A DNA stretch of 64,000 nucleotides from Nitrosopumilus sp. (lineage in GTDB: Archaea; Thermoproteota; Nitrososphaeria; Nitrososphaerales; Nitrosopumilaceae). Both the position numbers and the translations under genes were made by a program. The stretch spans positions 928,001-992,000 of the forward strand of contig OY763927.2 of the NCBI GenBank assembly GCA_963667665.2, written 5' to 3'. Of this stretch, positions 10,559 to 21,185 are shown piece by piece. Numbering within the stretch: position 1 is the first letter of the stretch; every line of letters starts with the position of its first letter. A model generated the notes under the pieces. It had not been told where the DNA came from, searched no databases, and saw only the letters and a program-made list of their open reading frames with translations.

Positions 10559-11038
10559 TTAAGAATTTAGATTACATTCAACTTTGAGTGATTTTATTGT
10601 TGTAAAATATGTGACAATTAGAATTGCAATAGCAATTATTCTAATTGGGATCTCGTAATTAGTTAGAAATGCAGTAGCAGTAGCCCCAACAGAACCAAAT
10701 GTAGAGATTACTGCAAATCCAATCTGTCCACAGCTACATGCACCTGCGGCAGTTCCAATAATTGAACCAAGAATTCCTCCACCCATTTTTTGTTTTGAAC
10801 TTTTGAGGATATTTATTCGGAATATATTCATTGGAATGACCAGTGCAGACAATGCTGAAAGTATTACAATAAGGACAAAACCTAATTCACTTCCAGAAGG
10901 AAGATGTGCAACAACATAAGGTTCTAAAAAGATATACTCTGACAATATCAATAAACCAATAGTCATCAATACAAAAATTCCAGATGCTAAAAGAAAATAT
11001 TTTGGATTAGAATATACAAGTTTGATTGGGCGTACCAT
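10559..11038 (-). CDS. 4-TM membrane protein with GACSCG motif
   Basis: Hydrophobic segments; abuts the DsbA gene stop, so likely an operon. Confidence 0.75.
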   Translation of the reverse strand: MVRPIKLVYSNPKYFLLASGIFVLMTIGLLILSEYIFLEPYVVAHLPSGSELGFVLIVILSALSALVIPMNIFRINILKSSKQKMGGGILGSIIGTAAGACSCGQIGFAVISTFGSVGATATAFLTNYEIPIRIIAIAILIVTYFTTIKSLKVECNLNS

Positions 11039-11698
11039 TTAGATCATAGAATCCAAGATTTGCTTAAAGACTGAGAAGGGTTGTGCTCCGCCAATTTTTT
11101 GTTGTCCATCAGGACCCACAATGAAGAATCCAGGGGTTCCCCTTACACTATTATCTCTTGCTTGTTGTATATTATACTGTACACGCTTGGAATATTTTCC
11201 AGAATCAAGACAACTTTCAAACAGTTCCATATCAAGGTCTAAGCTATTTGCAAAAGCTTTGAGTCTTTCAGAATTTGCCCATCCATTATCTACATGTTCT
11301 TGAAAATTGTATAGAAGGTCGTGGTATTCCCAATACATTCCTTGGTCTTCAGCACAATAGGTTGCCATAGATGCAGGAATGGAATCTCTTCCCAAAAATG
11401 CCAAATCAACAAACACCAAATTTGCTTTTCCAGTATCAATATAATTTTGAACTATTGTTGGTTTTGTTGCATGAAACCATGCAAAACATTGTTCGCATTG
11501 ATAATCACCAAATTCTACAATAGTAATTGGAGCAAAAGGATCACCTAAAATCGGGGAACCCATAGCCGTAGAAATGGTACCATGAGTTCTCCCCATATCG
11601 AGATTTACTGTTTCTGATGGAGTTGATGAGTATGATGCGACTATTCCAACAACAATCGCTACAACAATGACGCCTAAAATTAGGCCTTTTTTGTTCAT
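11039..11698 (-). CDS. DsbA/BdbD-like thioredoxin-fold oxidoreductase, membrane anchored
   Basis: EFGDYQCEQC active site, cis-Pro GTPGF, GAQPF; N-terminal TM. Confidence 0.9.
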   Translation of the reverse strand: MNKKGLILGVIVVAIVVGIVASYSSTPSETVNLDMGRTHGTISTAMGSPILGDPFAPITIVEFGDYQCEQCFAWFHATKPTIVQNYIDTGKANLVFVDLAFLGRDSIPASMATYCAEDQGMYWEYHDLLYNFQEHVDNGWANSERLKAFANSLDLDMELFESCLDSGKYSKRVQYNIQQARDNSVRGTPGFFIVGPDGQQKIGGAQPFSVFKQILDSMI

Positions 11699-11730
11699 AA
11701 TTTAAAACAGTAAAAATCGATTAAAAAAAC

Positions 11731-11928
11731 TTACTCCAAATTACGAGAAGAGTTTCTTTTAAACATATTTAGAAATTTTGCAATGACGGTATCAATTGGA
11801 CACACCTCACAAACAACTTTTGATGAATGACTATCAAGATGCTTTTCAAATTTTTCTCTGGATTCAAAAATTAAATCACATGTAACACAATAAACTTTTG
11901 TTACATTATTTTTTGATGGTTTATTCAC
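11731..11928 (-). CDS. Small C2H2-type zinc-finger protein
   Basis: CVTC..F....F..H...H plus CEVC. Confidence 0.7.
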   Translation of the reverse strand: MNKPSKNNVTKVYCVTCDLIFESREKFEKHLDSHSSKVVCEVCPIDTVIAKFLNMFKRNSSRNLE

Positions 11929-12013
11929 AATTATTTTGTGTAATTAGTGCTTATAAAGATCCTGTTGAAAACCAAATATACAAAATCATAATTTTCAGAA
12001 GTTCTAAATATTT

Positions 12014-12382
12014 TCAAAGATAATGTATTCGCATATGAACATTAAGTTCAACTTCATATCTTGTCACAAATCCACAATGGGTACATGAAAACATATCAGA
12101 TTGAGGGGCAGCATCTCGTTCTATTATCTTACCAGAGATTGCTTTGATACTTATTGTATCATTATTAGAAATTACAGCAAAATTTGAACCCTCACCAATT
12201 GAGTTCAGGAATTCCTTGATGGATGTGACAACTAAATTAGTATCAATGACTTCATCATCATCAAAAGTAGATAGAGTAAATTGGTGATGTTTTAGAGTAG
12301 GGATAGCTGCAACTTCATCTGACACATAAACAAGTAATTCATTTTTTATCGATAAAACTTCCTTGCAATCAATTGTAATCAT
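12014..12382 (-). CDS. Hypothetical protein with a C-terminal C2H2 zinc finger
   Basis: FSCTHCGF.......L..HMRIH. Confidence 0.78.
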   Translation of the reverse strand: MITIDCKEVLSIKNELLVYVSDEVAAIPTLKHHQFTLSTFDDDEVIDTNLVVTSIKEFLNSIGEGSNFAVISNNDTISIKAISGKIIERDAAPQSDMFSCTHCGFVTRYEVELNVHMRIHYL

Positions 12383-12464
12383 GAAAATTCATGGTCAAAT
12401 CGCTATTTTAGTTTAACAATGAGTTGAAAATGATTATTATGGTTAGATATAGAAACTTCGGTAT

Positions 12465-12851
12465 ATGGGAATTTCAGAAACTTTTGGTGTTGAGAAAGGT
12501 CATGGAGAAGAAGTCATCACATGGCTAAATGAGAAAGCAGAATCCCAAGGCAGTAAACTTGAAGCAAGATTATACGGTTATGACATCTCTACTGAAAATT
12601 TTGGAGATTTTGAAATGTTTTCATGGATGGGTGATGTACAAATTGCAAGAAAATTGATCATTAAAGCAAGTAAAAGATTCAAGATAAAAATTATTGAAGG
12701 AGGATACAAACCAAAAGAAAAAATATTTAGAATGAAAAAATTAGATTTTGCAAAAGTCAAAAAAGGTGATAAAACAATAGGACAGTTAGAATTTACAGTA
12801 TCAAGATTTAGAAATAAACAATGGGAAATTCAAAATGAAGAACGTCATTAA
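12465..12851 (+). CDS. Hypothetical protein
   Basis: 128-aa ATG ORF with host-like codon use, first gene of a + strand run. Confidence 0.72.
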   Translation: MGISETFGVEKGHGEEVITWLNEKAESQGSKLEARLYGYDISTENFGDFEMFSWMGDVQIARKLIIKASKRFKIKIIEGGYKPKEKIFRMKKLDFAKVKKGDKTIGQLEFTVSRFRNKQWEIQNEERH

Positions 12852-12863
12852 ACTAACAATTGT

Positions 12864-13757
12864 ATGGAATCAACAAAGATGATGAAAATAGGAATTATAG
12901 GACTTGGAATGTTAGGAAATGCAGTTGCCATACATTTACTAGATTCAGGTTTTGAAGTAACAGTATACAATAGGACAAAAGAAAAAACAACACAAGCAAA
13001 AGAAAAAGGTGCCAAAGTTGCCACATCACCAAAAGAAATTGCAGAGAACTCAGAATTAATTATTACAATAGTCAAGGATGCAAATGCAGTAAAAGAAATC
13101 TCTTTTAAAAAAGATGGAATTGTTGAAGGAAGTCATGCAAAATTAATTGTGGCAGATATGAGTACTATTGATCCTTCAGAATCTAAAAATATCACAAAAA
13201 AATTTCTAGAGTATGATATCCATAAATTAGACATACCAGTAATGGGAGGTCCAAATGTCGCCATAACAGGTAATTTAGTTATGATGGCATCAGGGAACAA
13301 AGAAATCTTTGATTATTGTAAAAAGATCTTTGAAAAGATTGCAAACAAAGTATTTTTTCTAGGAGAAAGTGGAGTTGCTAATTCTATCAAACTAGCCATG
13401 AATTTACAAATAACCATGCTTGCACTTTCATTATCTGAAGGAATTACTCTTGTCAAAAATGCAAATGTAGACCCAAAAATTTTTCTTAAAATTTTAAACT
13501 CAACATATTTCAAAACAGGGATGAGTGAAAAAAAGGCATACAGGATGATTGATGGTAAATATGATACAACATTCACACTTGCCAATTTAAAAAAAGACAT
13601 CAGCACCATAACAAACGCTGCAAAATCTTTAGGAATTGAACTTCCAATGATTAAAAAAGCAGAAGAAGTGTATGAAAATGCAGTTAAAGACGGATTTGGA
13701 GACACAGATTACACTGGAATTATTGAATACATCGAGAAAATTAACGATTCCAAATAA
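12864..13757 (+). CDS. NAD(P)-dependent beta-hydroxyacid dehydrogenase (3-hydroxyisobutyrate/tartronate semialdehyde reductase family)
   Basis: GIIGLGMLG, YNRT, DMST, DIPVMGG, catalytic K in IKLAMN. Confidence 0.88.
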   Translation: MESTKMMKIGIIGLGMLGNAVAIHLLDSGFEVTVYNRTKEKTTQAKEKGAKVATSPKEIAENSELIITIVKDANAVKEISFKKDGIVEGSHAKLIVADMSTIDPSESKNITKKFLEYDIHKLDIPVMGGPNVAITGNLVMMASGNKEIFDYCKKIFEKIANKVFFLGESGVANSIKLAMNLQITMLALSLSEGITLVKNANVDPKIFLKILNSTYFKTGMSEKKAYRMIDGKYDTTFTLANLKKDISTITNAAKSLGIELPMIKKAEEVYENAVKDGFGDTDYTGIIEYIEKINDSK

Positions 13758-13818
13758 AATCAAATTTACGAATGAAACTAATCAAAAATTCTATAAGTTA
13801 TGACAATAATATGATTTC

Positions 13819-14580
13819 ATGCGATTATCTGACAAAGTTGCAATTGTTACAGGAGCATCAAGTGACATAGGTAAAGGAATTGTAAAGAGATTTGCAGAAG
13901 AAGGTGCCAAAGTTGTCCTAATTGCAAGAAATCTAGAAGGATTAGAAAAAACCAGAAAAGAGATTGGAAACAAAGAAACAACGGTATCAATAACATGTGA
14001 TTTGACTGATGAGTCACAGGTATTGCAAGCTGTAAATCAAATTATGGACACATATGGTAAAATCGACATTTTAGTAAATAGTGCAGGTGCAATTAATGAT
14101 CCTGTACATTTTCACAAGATGCAAGATTCAGAAATTAAAAAACTCATAGACATAAACTTGTTAGGTGCATTTCACATGACAAAGGCTGTTCTTTCAAAAA
14201 TGTCAGATGTCAAAAGTGGTGCAATTGTAAATATTGGTTCTATTTCAAGTGAAAGAGCAATCCCACGAGTTCATCTGGCAGTATATTCTGCTACAAAAGC
14301 AGCAATTTCGATGTTTACAAAATCAATCGCAGTAGAATATGCAAGAAAAAACATCAGATGTAATTGTGTTAATCCAGGAATTATTAATTCAGGAATGATA
14401 AAGCCATATCTTGATGATCCTCAAGCAAGAAAAGTTCTGGAAGAAAGATTACCGCTGGCCAGAATAGGAGAGCCACTAGATGTTGCAAATGCAGCACTTT
14501 ATTTAGCGTCAGACGAGTCAAATTGGGTCACAGGAATAATTCTAAATGTTGATGGCGGTAAAACAGCTTCAGAAGGATAA
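13819..14580 (+). CDS. Short-chain dehydrogenase/reductase
   Basis: [23 protein letters not shown]. Confidence 0.92.
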   Translation: MRLSDKVAIVTGASSDIGKGIVKRFAEEGAKVVLIARNLEGLEKTRKEIGNKETTVSITCDLTDESQVLQAVNQIMDTYGKIDILVNSAGAINDPVHFHKMQDSEIKKLIDINLLGAFHMTKAVLSKMSDVKSGAIVNIGSISSERAIPRVHLAVYSATKAAISMFTKSIAVEYARKNIRCNCVNPGIINSGMIKPYLDDPQARKVLEERLPLARIGEPLDVANAALYLASDESNWVTGIILNVDGGKTASEG

Positions 14581-15150
14581 TCATTTTAAAAGTAATGTTT
14601 TTGCAAGTAGTTGAGACACACGTATAGGTTCTGGAATAGAACCATGCAATGTTAATTCATCTAAAAGATGAGTTACATCACTTAATGTACAACCTTCTTT
14701 TCTAACAAAAACATCATGAGACGTACTTAGAGTAATTTTTTCTCGTTTACCTAATTTTCTATATGCAGAAATTTTTGATTCAAATGAATTTGGAAAATGA
14801 TGTTTAAGTGCAGATTCAATCCCCAAAGAATCATTGTAAGATATTCCAATTATTGGAATTTTAAGTGAATCATATAATTTTTTAATATTTATTATATTAT
14901 ACATAGATACTATCAAACCAGAAATCAAAACATAACTAATATCTGGTCTCTGAAGTTCATCATACATCTTCAAGATTGTATCTGTTGCATCATCACCCTC
15001 TAATGTTGCACTACCAAAAACAAACCCGTCAATGATAAAATCTCGCCGCATTACAATTCCAGAAAAAACTGATTTTTGAGAATTTGGTCTGAAGCTTTCA
15101 GCAATTGCAAGCCCACGTAACCCCTTTTTTTCAAGATGAAGCGATCTCAT
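14581..15150 (-). CDS. DUF99 family (endonuclease V-like) protein
   Basis: GLAIAESF, GDDATD, YNII, IPEPIRV motifs. Confidence 0.8.
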   Translation of the reverse strand: MRSLHLEKKGLRGLAIAESFRPNSQKSVFSGIVMRRDFIIDGFVFGSATLEGDDATDTILKMYDELQRPDISYVLISGLIVSMYNIINIKKLYDSLKIPIIGISYNDSLGIESALKHHFPNSFESKISAYRKLGKREKITLSTSHDVFVRKEGCTLSDVTHLLDELTLHGSIPEPIRVSQLLAKTLLLK

Positions 15151-15256
15151 GATTCTTTTTCCTCAAATACACACGATAACTCAGTCCAGTAATTATCATA
15201 ACGATTCCAGTAACTACAGACCACATTAGAAAAGATGTGATTTCAGATTCATCCAT
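15131..15256 (-). CDS. 41-aa single-TM microprotein MDESEITSFLMWSVVTGIVMIITGLSYRVYLRKKNHEIASS
   Basis: Hand-translated ATG..TGA; one TM helix with a basic C-flank; overlaps the DUF99 start. Confidence 0.6.
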   Translation of the reverse strand: MDESEITSFLMWSVVTGIVMIITGLSYRVYLRKKNHEIASS

Positions 15257-15368
15257 AATGAATAATGAATTCCTAAACATCTAAAGTTTCGGTTCAAAAA
15301 TACTTTGAATGTAGAATTTTCAGGAGAAAACCTGAAACATCTAAATAGATTTGATACAGATTGATTTT

Positions 15369-15578
15369 ATGCCTGAAATCATATGCCCCGATTGTGGAAA
15401 ACGCATATTTCATGAAAATGAAACTACATTAAAGATAGAAGAAACAATTCATTCAAAATTCTGTAGAAAAAAAGAAGGAGAAACTCACAGTTACATGCAC
15501 AGAGACCCCGCACATATGCAAACTTTTGATGTAGAAAGAGAAAACGATATGGCAGGTACAGCTATTTTAAAAAAATAA
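15369..15578 (+). CDS. Small zinc-binding hypothetical protein
   Basis: CPDCG ... H...C pattern; ATG at 15369. Confidence 0.65.
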   Translation: MPEIICPDCGKRIFHENETTLKIEETIHSKFCRKKEGETHSYMHRDPAHMQTFDVERENDMAGTAILKK

Positions 15579-15629
15579 TCCCCATAACACCCCTCAAAAT
15601 TATATCCTAGGTCTGCTGATTCAAGTCAA

Positions 15630-16844
15630 TTGTCAGAAGAACATTATTATGATTTAGTAGTTGTAGGTGGAGGTCCAGCAGGTTCATCTGCAGCATTTGC
15701 AGCTGCAAAAAATGGAATTAAAGTGGCACTGCTTGAAAAAGAAAATTCAATTGCAGAGACAGTTAGAACAAGTGGTGTAACATGGATTCAAAGTATCAAA
15801 GAATTTGGAATTCCAGATGATTGTTTTAATCCAATTAGAAATTTTTCATTTTGTTCACCAAATAATGAAATCACGATCAGTGACTCAATTCCAAGAGCTG
15901 CAGTATTAGATGTAAGAAAAACATACAGGTGGTTAGCAAATGAAGCAAAGAAAGCTGGTGCAGATATTTTTATTAAAATTAATGTTAACGAAGTAATCAA
16001 AAATGACAAAGGAGACATCATTGGAATAAGAGGGAGTGGGCCTAATGGAAAGATAACATTTCATGCCAAAGTGGTAATTGATGCAAGTGGATTCCAATCT
16101 ACTGTTTGTAAAGCAATGGGTTTTGTTACTCAATGGAAAAGATTTGGAGCAGGAGCAGAGTATGAAGTGGAAGTAGAGAATGTAGATGCGGAAACATGGT
16201 GGTTAATGGTTGGACAACAATATTCTCCTGCAGGATATGCATGGATTTTTCCATTAGGGAATAATATTGTAAGAATTGGTGTAGGAATAGGGAAACCAGA
16301 ATCAAACGTAGATCCTACTCAAAGACTAGAAGAATTAATGAAATCAAAATTAGGTCCAATTAAAAAACTAGGGAAAATTACACCAATAGAATTTCACTAT
16401 GGACTAATTCCTAATGATGGATTATCAAGAAAAACAGTCTTTAACAATTTGATACTTGTTGGAGATTCAGCTGGACAAGCAAACCCACTAGTTTTAGAAG
16501 GAATCAGATACGCAATAAAATTTGGAAGAGTAGCAGGAAAAGTGTCATCAAATGCCATAAAAACTGGAAAGACAGATGAATCTGAACTTTATCCATACGA
16601 AGAAAACTGGAGAAAAGAGATTGAATCAAAAATTAACTCTGCAGGAAAAGTTCAGGACAGATGGATTGGATTATCAGATGAAGAATGGGATAAAGAATTA
16701 GATATCATCAAAGAATTAAAAGCTGAAGAATTTATTGATTTTATAAAAGCTGATTTTGGATTATCAAACATGATTAAACTGGCAACACGTCATCCAAAAC
16801 TTGCTGTAAGACAACTTTTTAGTTTAGTGAAGGGAAAAAAATAA
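15630..16844 (+). CDS. Geranylgeranyl reductase family FAD oxidoreductase
   Basis: VGGGPAG, DASG, GYAWIFP, VGDSAGQANPLVLEGI. Confidence 0.88.
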   Translation: MSEEHYYDLVVVGGGPAGSSAAFAAAKNGIKVALLEKENSIAETVRTSGVTWIQSIKEFGIPDDCFNPIRNFSFCSPNNEITISDSIPRAAVLDVRKTYRWLANEAKKAGADIFIKINVNEVIKNDKGDIIGIRGSGPNGKITFHAKVVIDASGFQSTVCKAMGFVTQWKRFGAGAEYEVEVENVDAETWWLMVGQQYSPAGYAWIFPLGNNIVRIGVGIGKPESNVDPTQRLEELMKSKLGPIKKLGKITPIEFHYGLIPNDGLSRKTVFNNLILVGDSAGQANPLVLEGIRYAIKFGRVAGKVSSNAIKTGKTDESELYPYEENWRKEIESKINSAGKVQDRWIGLSDEEWDKELDIIKELKAEEFIDFIKADFGLSNMIKLATRHPKLAVRQLFSLVKGKK

Positions 16845-19802
16845 TTATCTTACATTAAAAAAGTCAGTAACTATCACATCATGATATTGTAACTGTACTA
16901 CATAAACACCAGAGTCAAAGGGTTGTGATAATACTTCAGTAAATAATCCTGAAGAATTGTCTTTTAGAGCAATCTCTTCAATCAAATTCCCTCGTTGATC
17001 ATAGATATCAATAAAAAGATCCTCTCTAAATGCAATAGTCTTTTGAACAACACCAGTTAGTATCAACTTATCATTGTCATAGAGAGCTTCAACTACTGCT
17101 ACATGTGATCTAATAGGAAGATATCTTTCAATAATCATCTTGAGTTCGTTTAGATTATCATTAACACTATCAGCATTTCTATCAGTAAAACCAAATTTGA
17201 TTTCATTAATTACAGATGCAAATCTAGGATTTTCATCAAAACTATCTCTACCAAATTCTTTTGCAAATGACTTTAATTCTTTAAATTCACGTGCTAGGTC
17301 TACCATATTTAGATTAGATTGAGTGTATTTGTAATCAAATTCAGCCTCAACATGAACAATCTGAGAGGCTTTTGAATTCTGATATTGCAACATTACAACA
17401 TAAAGACCAGGATCTGTGGGTGCAATCCATTGAGTGTAAAAGTTGCCCTGTTTAGTGTCAGTAAATTCCAAACTACTATGAGTACTTCCATCCATATTGT
17501 AAATTGTGACATACAAATTTTCTCTTCTATCAAATATTGGTTTGTCAGTGGCGCCTTTGATAACCCAAATATCTTTTTCAGCATCAAATGAGATATCATA
17601 AATAATTTTAGGATTATCTAGAACCAAATATTCACTAAGATAACTACCAATTTCTATAATCTTAGATTCAGCATCAACAAAGTTTGCAATATCAATTAAC
17701 TCATAGGCATCATCCATCATTTGATTATAACCATCAACATGTGCAGAAAATTCATTGTTATAGAAAGTAGATACCATGTTTGAAAATGTCTCTAGTTTTT
17801 TACGGAAATCAATTCGTTTTATTTCATCTACAGTATATCCAACATCAGAACCACGAGGATCATCAGAATATGCTTGGGAAACAAGAGTCCATTCATCAAA
17901 CAAATCACGAACTAGTTTATCTGCTTGATCAAGATCATTTTTGATTACAAGATCTCGTACATTATCAATTTTTTCATTAAATTTTTCAGTAAATTCAATA
18001 TAGTTTGGCAAGAAACGGTTCTTAGTTAAACTCAGTTCAACTAAATTTTCAAGAGATTTTGCTCTTTGTAAAACATCACTTGCACGAATTTTGAAAGAGT
18101 CTTTATTATAAGAATCCAAATCTGTTTTAATTTGAGGTGCTTTTTCACTTACCCATGTTAATAAAACTTCAATTCTATCAATTCGCATAATAGATGGATT
18201 ACCAGATTCCATTTGTTTGGCAGTACCTAGAATTTTCAAGGCATTATCAATCAAAAATAAATTTTCATAGTCTGCTTGAATTTCAGCTTTCATTTTCATA
18301 GTTTTATATTGAAATTCCAAAACTACCAAAGGATTTCGTTTCTCTCTTAGTTCAGTCATGGACTGATCAAACTCTGAAATAATTTCTAAAACCTCACCTA
18401 CGGATTTGGCGTTTTCAACTCTTTCTAAAAGAAATTCCCAATCAGATACAAGACTAGAATCAGCACCAGTTGCTTGTGAAATCTCAACACTCTTGCTAAT
18501 TCTTGATGAAATATCTATAATCTGAGACATTTGGTAAATTTCAGATTCTGATTCCAAAATATCCTTAACTGAAGTTGCTAATGCCAAATCAGATTCTAAA
18601 TTATTCCAATCAGGTATTATCAGGTTTGCAAGATCATTATTTTCTTCAGAATTAGAAGAAATGAATCTCTCAACGCCATCTAGTTCTCGTAAAAGAATAG
18701 ATGCTTGATGTAATTCAGATACACGTGTCTTTTTTTCAATTAATTCTTCGATTGAGTCTGCCTTCATTAAAGAAGGTTTGAGTGATTCCCAATCATTTTG
18801 GACTAGTCTATAAAGATCACTTTGCTTTCTGGAGATTATATCAAGATATCTTGATTTTGAAAGGATGTCAATGAGTTCAGTAATTTCATCAGAGTAAATA
18901 GGAGCAGTTCCCCTAGCAAAGATAAATCCAACTTCATGTTTAACATCTCTGCTCATTACTGTATCAGATTTTTTCATCAAGTTTAGTAATGTATCTTCTA
19001 ATTCATCAAAAGTTGGAGCTCTTTGGTTAGCAGTCTTGTCAGGATTTACATTTCTAATATCAATAAAGGCATCAGTTAACAAACCAATTGCTTTGGTTTT
19101 ATCACCAATTTCATAATGAAATACTGCTGCAAAAATTATTCTATCAATGGACTTTGCAATATTAAAAGATATTTCATCTTCATCTAATAATTGTTGTACA
19201 GAATCTAATGAGGAAGATACTGCAGGTCTAATTAATGGTTCAATTTCAACAATTAAATCATCTACAAAGAATTTATTCCACAAATCAACATAAACAGATT
19301 CTAATTCTGATAAATTATTAGAAGTTTGGTTTGATATTGGATATGAGATATCAAATGTTGTACTAATTAATGATGCATGATCAGATACCAAGTTTTGTGC
19401 TAAAGAAATTTTTTGATCAATGTTTGATTCAGAAAAATGATCAGAAGAAACATTGAAGGTAGTAGATTTTGAATAGTCACCATAGAATAATTTTATTTCA
19501 TATTCACCAGAAAGACCACAAATTCTACCTTTCAGTGGAATTACGTCGGTGATAAAAACTCCATTTACTAATGGTGTAAGTTGTTGAATTTGACATAGAT
19601 CACCACGAGGATTAATAATTTGCATTATCAGAAAAGAATCATCTAAAATATTTGCAACTTGACCATAAATGAATAGTGGTTCTCCTTGATCATAATTACC
19701 AAAGTTTTCAAGAATTGTGATTCTATCTGGGCTTTGAGCAGAAGCATAAACAGGCATCAAAAGAATAACAATTAAGCTCAAAACAACAAGAATTTGTCTC
19801 AT
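16845..19802 (-). CDS. Large secreted/surface hypothetical protein (985 aa)
   Basis: Signal peptide; Ig-like modules (GEYEIKLFY, GLYVVMLQY, GVYVVQLQY) flanking an acidic helical core. Confidence 0.82.
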   Translation of the reverse strand: MRQILVVLSLIVILLMPVYASAQSPDRITILENFGNYDQGEPLFIYGQVANILDDSFLIMQIINPRGDLCQIQQLTPLVNGVFITDVIPLKGRICGLSGEYEIKLFYGDYSKSTTFNVSSDHFSESNIDQKISLAQNLVSDHASLISTTFDISYPISNQTSNNLSELESVYVDLWNKFFVDDLIVEIEPLIRPAVSSSLDSVQQLLDEDEISFNIAKSIDRIIFAAVFHYEIGDKTKAIGLLTDAFIDIRNVNPDKTANQRAPTFDELEDTLLNLMKKSDTVMSRDVKHEVGFIFARGTAPIYSDEITELIDILSKSRYLDIISRKQSDLYRLVQNDWESLKPSLMKADSIEELIEKKTRVSELHQASILLRELDGVERFISSNSEENNDLANLIIPDWNNLESDLALATSVKDILESESEIYQMSQIIDISSRISKSVEISQATGADSSLVSDWEFLLERVENAKSVGEVLEIISEFDQSMTELREKRNPLVVLEFQYKTMKMKAEIQADYENLFLIDNALKILGTAKQMESGNPSIMRIDRIEVLLTWVSEKAPQIKTDLDSYNKDSFKIRASDVLQRAKSLENLVELSLTKNRFLPNYIEFTEKFNEKIDNVRDLVIKNDLDQADKLVRDLFDEWTLVSQAYSDDPRGSDVGYTVDEIKRIDFRKKLETFSNMVSTFYNNEFSAHVDGYNQMMDDAYELIDIANFVDAESKIIEIGSYLSEYLVLDNPKIIYDISFDAEKDIWVIKGATDKPIFDRRENLYVTIYNMDGSTHSSLEFTDTKQGNFYTQWIAPTDPGLYVVMLQYQNSKASQIVHVEAEFDYKYTQSNLNMVDLAREFKELKSFAKEFGRDSFDENPRFASVINEIKFGFTDRNADSVNDNLNELKMIIERYLPIRSHVAVVEALYDNDKLILTGVVQKTIAFREDLFIDIYDQRGNLIEEIALKDNSSGLFTEVLSQPFDSGVYVVQLQYHDVIVTDFFNVR

Positions 19803-19877
19803 AAGGATCCAAATCTACGCCTATCTTACTTAAGATTTAAGTAGCTATGATACTAGGAAATATCGAATTTGATATAA

Positions 19878-20093
19878 TCAAGCCAGAGCAACTACCAAAG
19901 AATAGTTGTCTGACTTGATTGTTGGTACAGTGTTGGTCTGGTGAGCATTATGAGAAATGCAAGTTGAATGAAATTGTTCTATTGTACAAAGTGCACATTC
20001 CATACAAATCATGCTATTTGGCTTCATGCATTGAAAACATTTAGTATTATCAAGTAATTTTCCACCGCAGTTTCGACAGGATTCATCAGGCAA
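19878..20093 (-). CDS. Small Cys-rich zinc-ribbon protein
   Basis: CRNC, CFQC, CMEC, H..C. Confidence 0.65.
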   Translation of the reverse strand: MPDESCRNCGGKLLDNTKCFQCMKPNSMICMECALCTIEQFHSTCISHNAHQTNTVPTIKSDNYSLVVALA

Positions 20094-20202
20094 TTCTTTT
20101 CAAATCAAATTAATAAAAATTGAATATAAGCAGCACGTAGAAGTCGTACAGCTCAAAGCTCAGCAAGACGAAGATTATAAGGGAACAAAAAAACAAAAAA
20201 TC

Positions 20203-20832
20203 ATGAATGGTGTTAAAAAAACTTTTGATAAATGGGCTCAAATTGGTAGAGCAGAATTAATGGAGAACGAACATGAAAATAATGTTTCAAAATTTTTACA
20301 GAAGATATCATTTGACAAACCATTTACATTTCTTGATGTTGGATGTGGAAATGGATGGGTTGTAAGAAAAATTGCAAAAGAAAATAATTGTAAAAAATCA
20401 ATAGGTATTGACATAAGCAAGAAGATGATCATTCAAGCCAAAAAGAAATTAGGTAATAAAAAAGAAGAATTTTTTCATACTGATATTGAATCTTGGGATT
20501 ACAAAGAAAAGTTTGATTTTATTTTTTCAATGGAGTCAATTTACTATGCAGATTCGATTGAAATAGCACTTGGAAAAATATACAAATTACTAAAACATGG
20601 GGGGCAATTTTTCTGTGGAACAGATTTTTACACAGAAAACAAGTCAACTGCAAGATGGGCAAATATTATGAAAATACAAATGCACTTACATTCAGAAAAA
20701 GAGTGGAGACAATTTTTTAAAAATGCAGGATTTCAAGTAAAAACAAAACACATCAAAGATTCAAAAAATAAAAAGAAATGGAAAAGAGAATTTGGGACTT
20801 TATTCATTACAGGCATAAAACCTGAAAAGTAA
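20203..20832 (+). CDS. Class I SAM-dependent methyltransferase
   Basis: LDVGCGNG, GIDIS, FD.IFS, LKHGG. Confidence 0.9.
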   Translation: MNGVKKTFDKWAQIGRAELMENEHENNVSKFLQKISFDKPFTFLDVGCGNGWVVRKIAKENNCKKSIGIDISKKMIIQAKKKLGNKKEEFFHTDIESWDYKEKFDFIFSMESIYYADSIEIALGKIYKLLKHGGQFFCGTDFYTENKSTARWANIMKIQMHLHSEKEWRQFFKNAGFQVKTKHIKDSKNKKKWKREFGTLFITGIKPEK

Positions 20833-20864
20833 AACTCAAATTCAAGAACAACATATTATTGCCA

Positions 20865-21146
20865 TGTGAGCTGGAGCACGACACGCTGCTACGGCAGAGG
20901 AAACTCCTCCCTCCATACAGGAAATGTGATCTGGAGATAGATAATCAGAGATGATTGGCAACGGAGCAGAAAAAAATCCAATATGGCGCACAATGATGGC
21001 AAAACCTGAGATTTCCATAAAAGGAATGAAAAAAGCCGACCCACATGGAGCAAGGCCAAACAGAACTCAAGGTTCCTGTACCAAGTTCAGGTAGGCTGCA
21101 AAGCGGAATATCGTGAAAACAGAAGGAGGGTTACTCCCAGCACACA
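20865..21146 (+). ncRNA. rnpB: Archaeal RNase P RNA
   Basis: GAGGAAACTCCTCCC near the 5' end, GAGCAAGGCCAAA, and AACAGAAGGAGGGTTAC at the 3' end (P4 pairing); terminal complementarity TGTGAGCTGG / CCAGCACACA; GC-rich. Confidence 0.93.
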
Positions 21147-21185
21147 TAATTTTTTTTAATAATAAAATTGTAATTTGAATTATTA

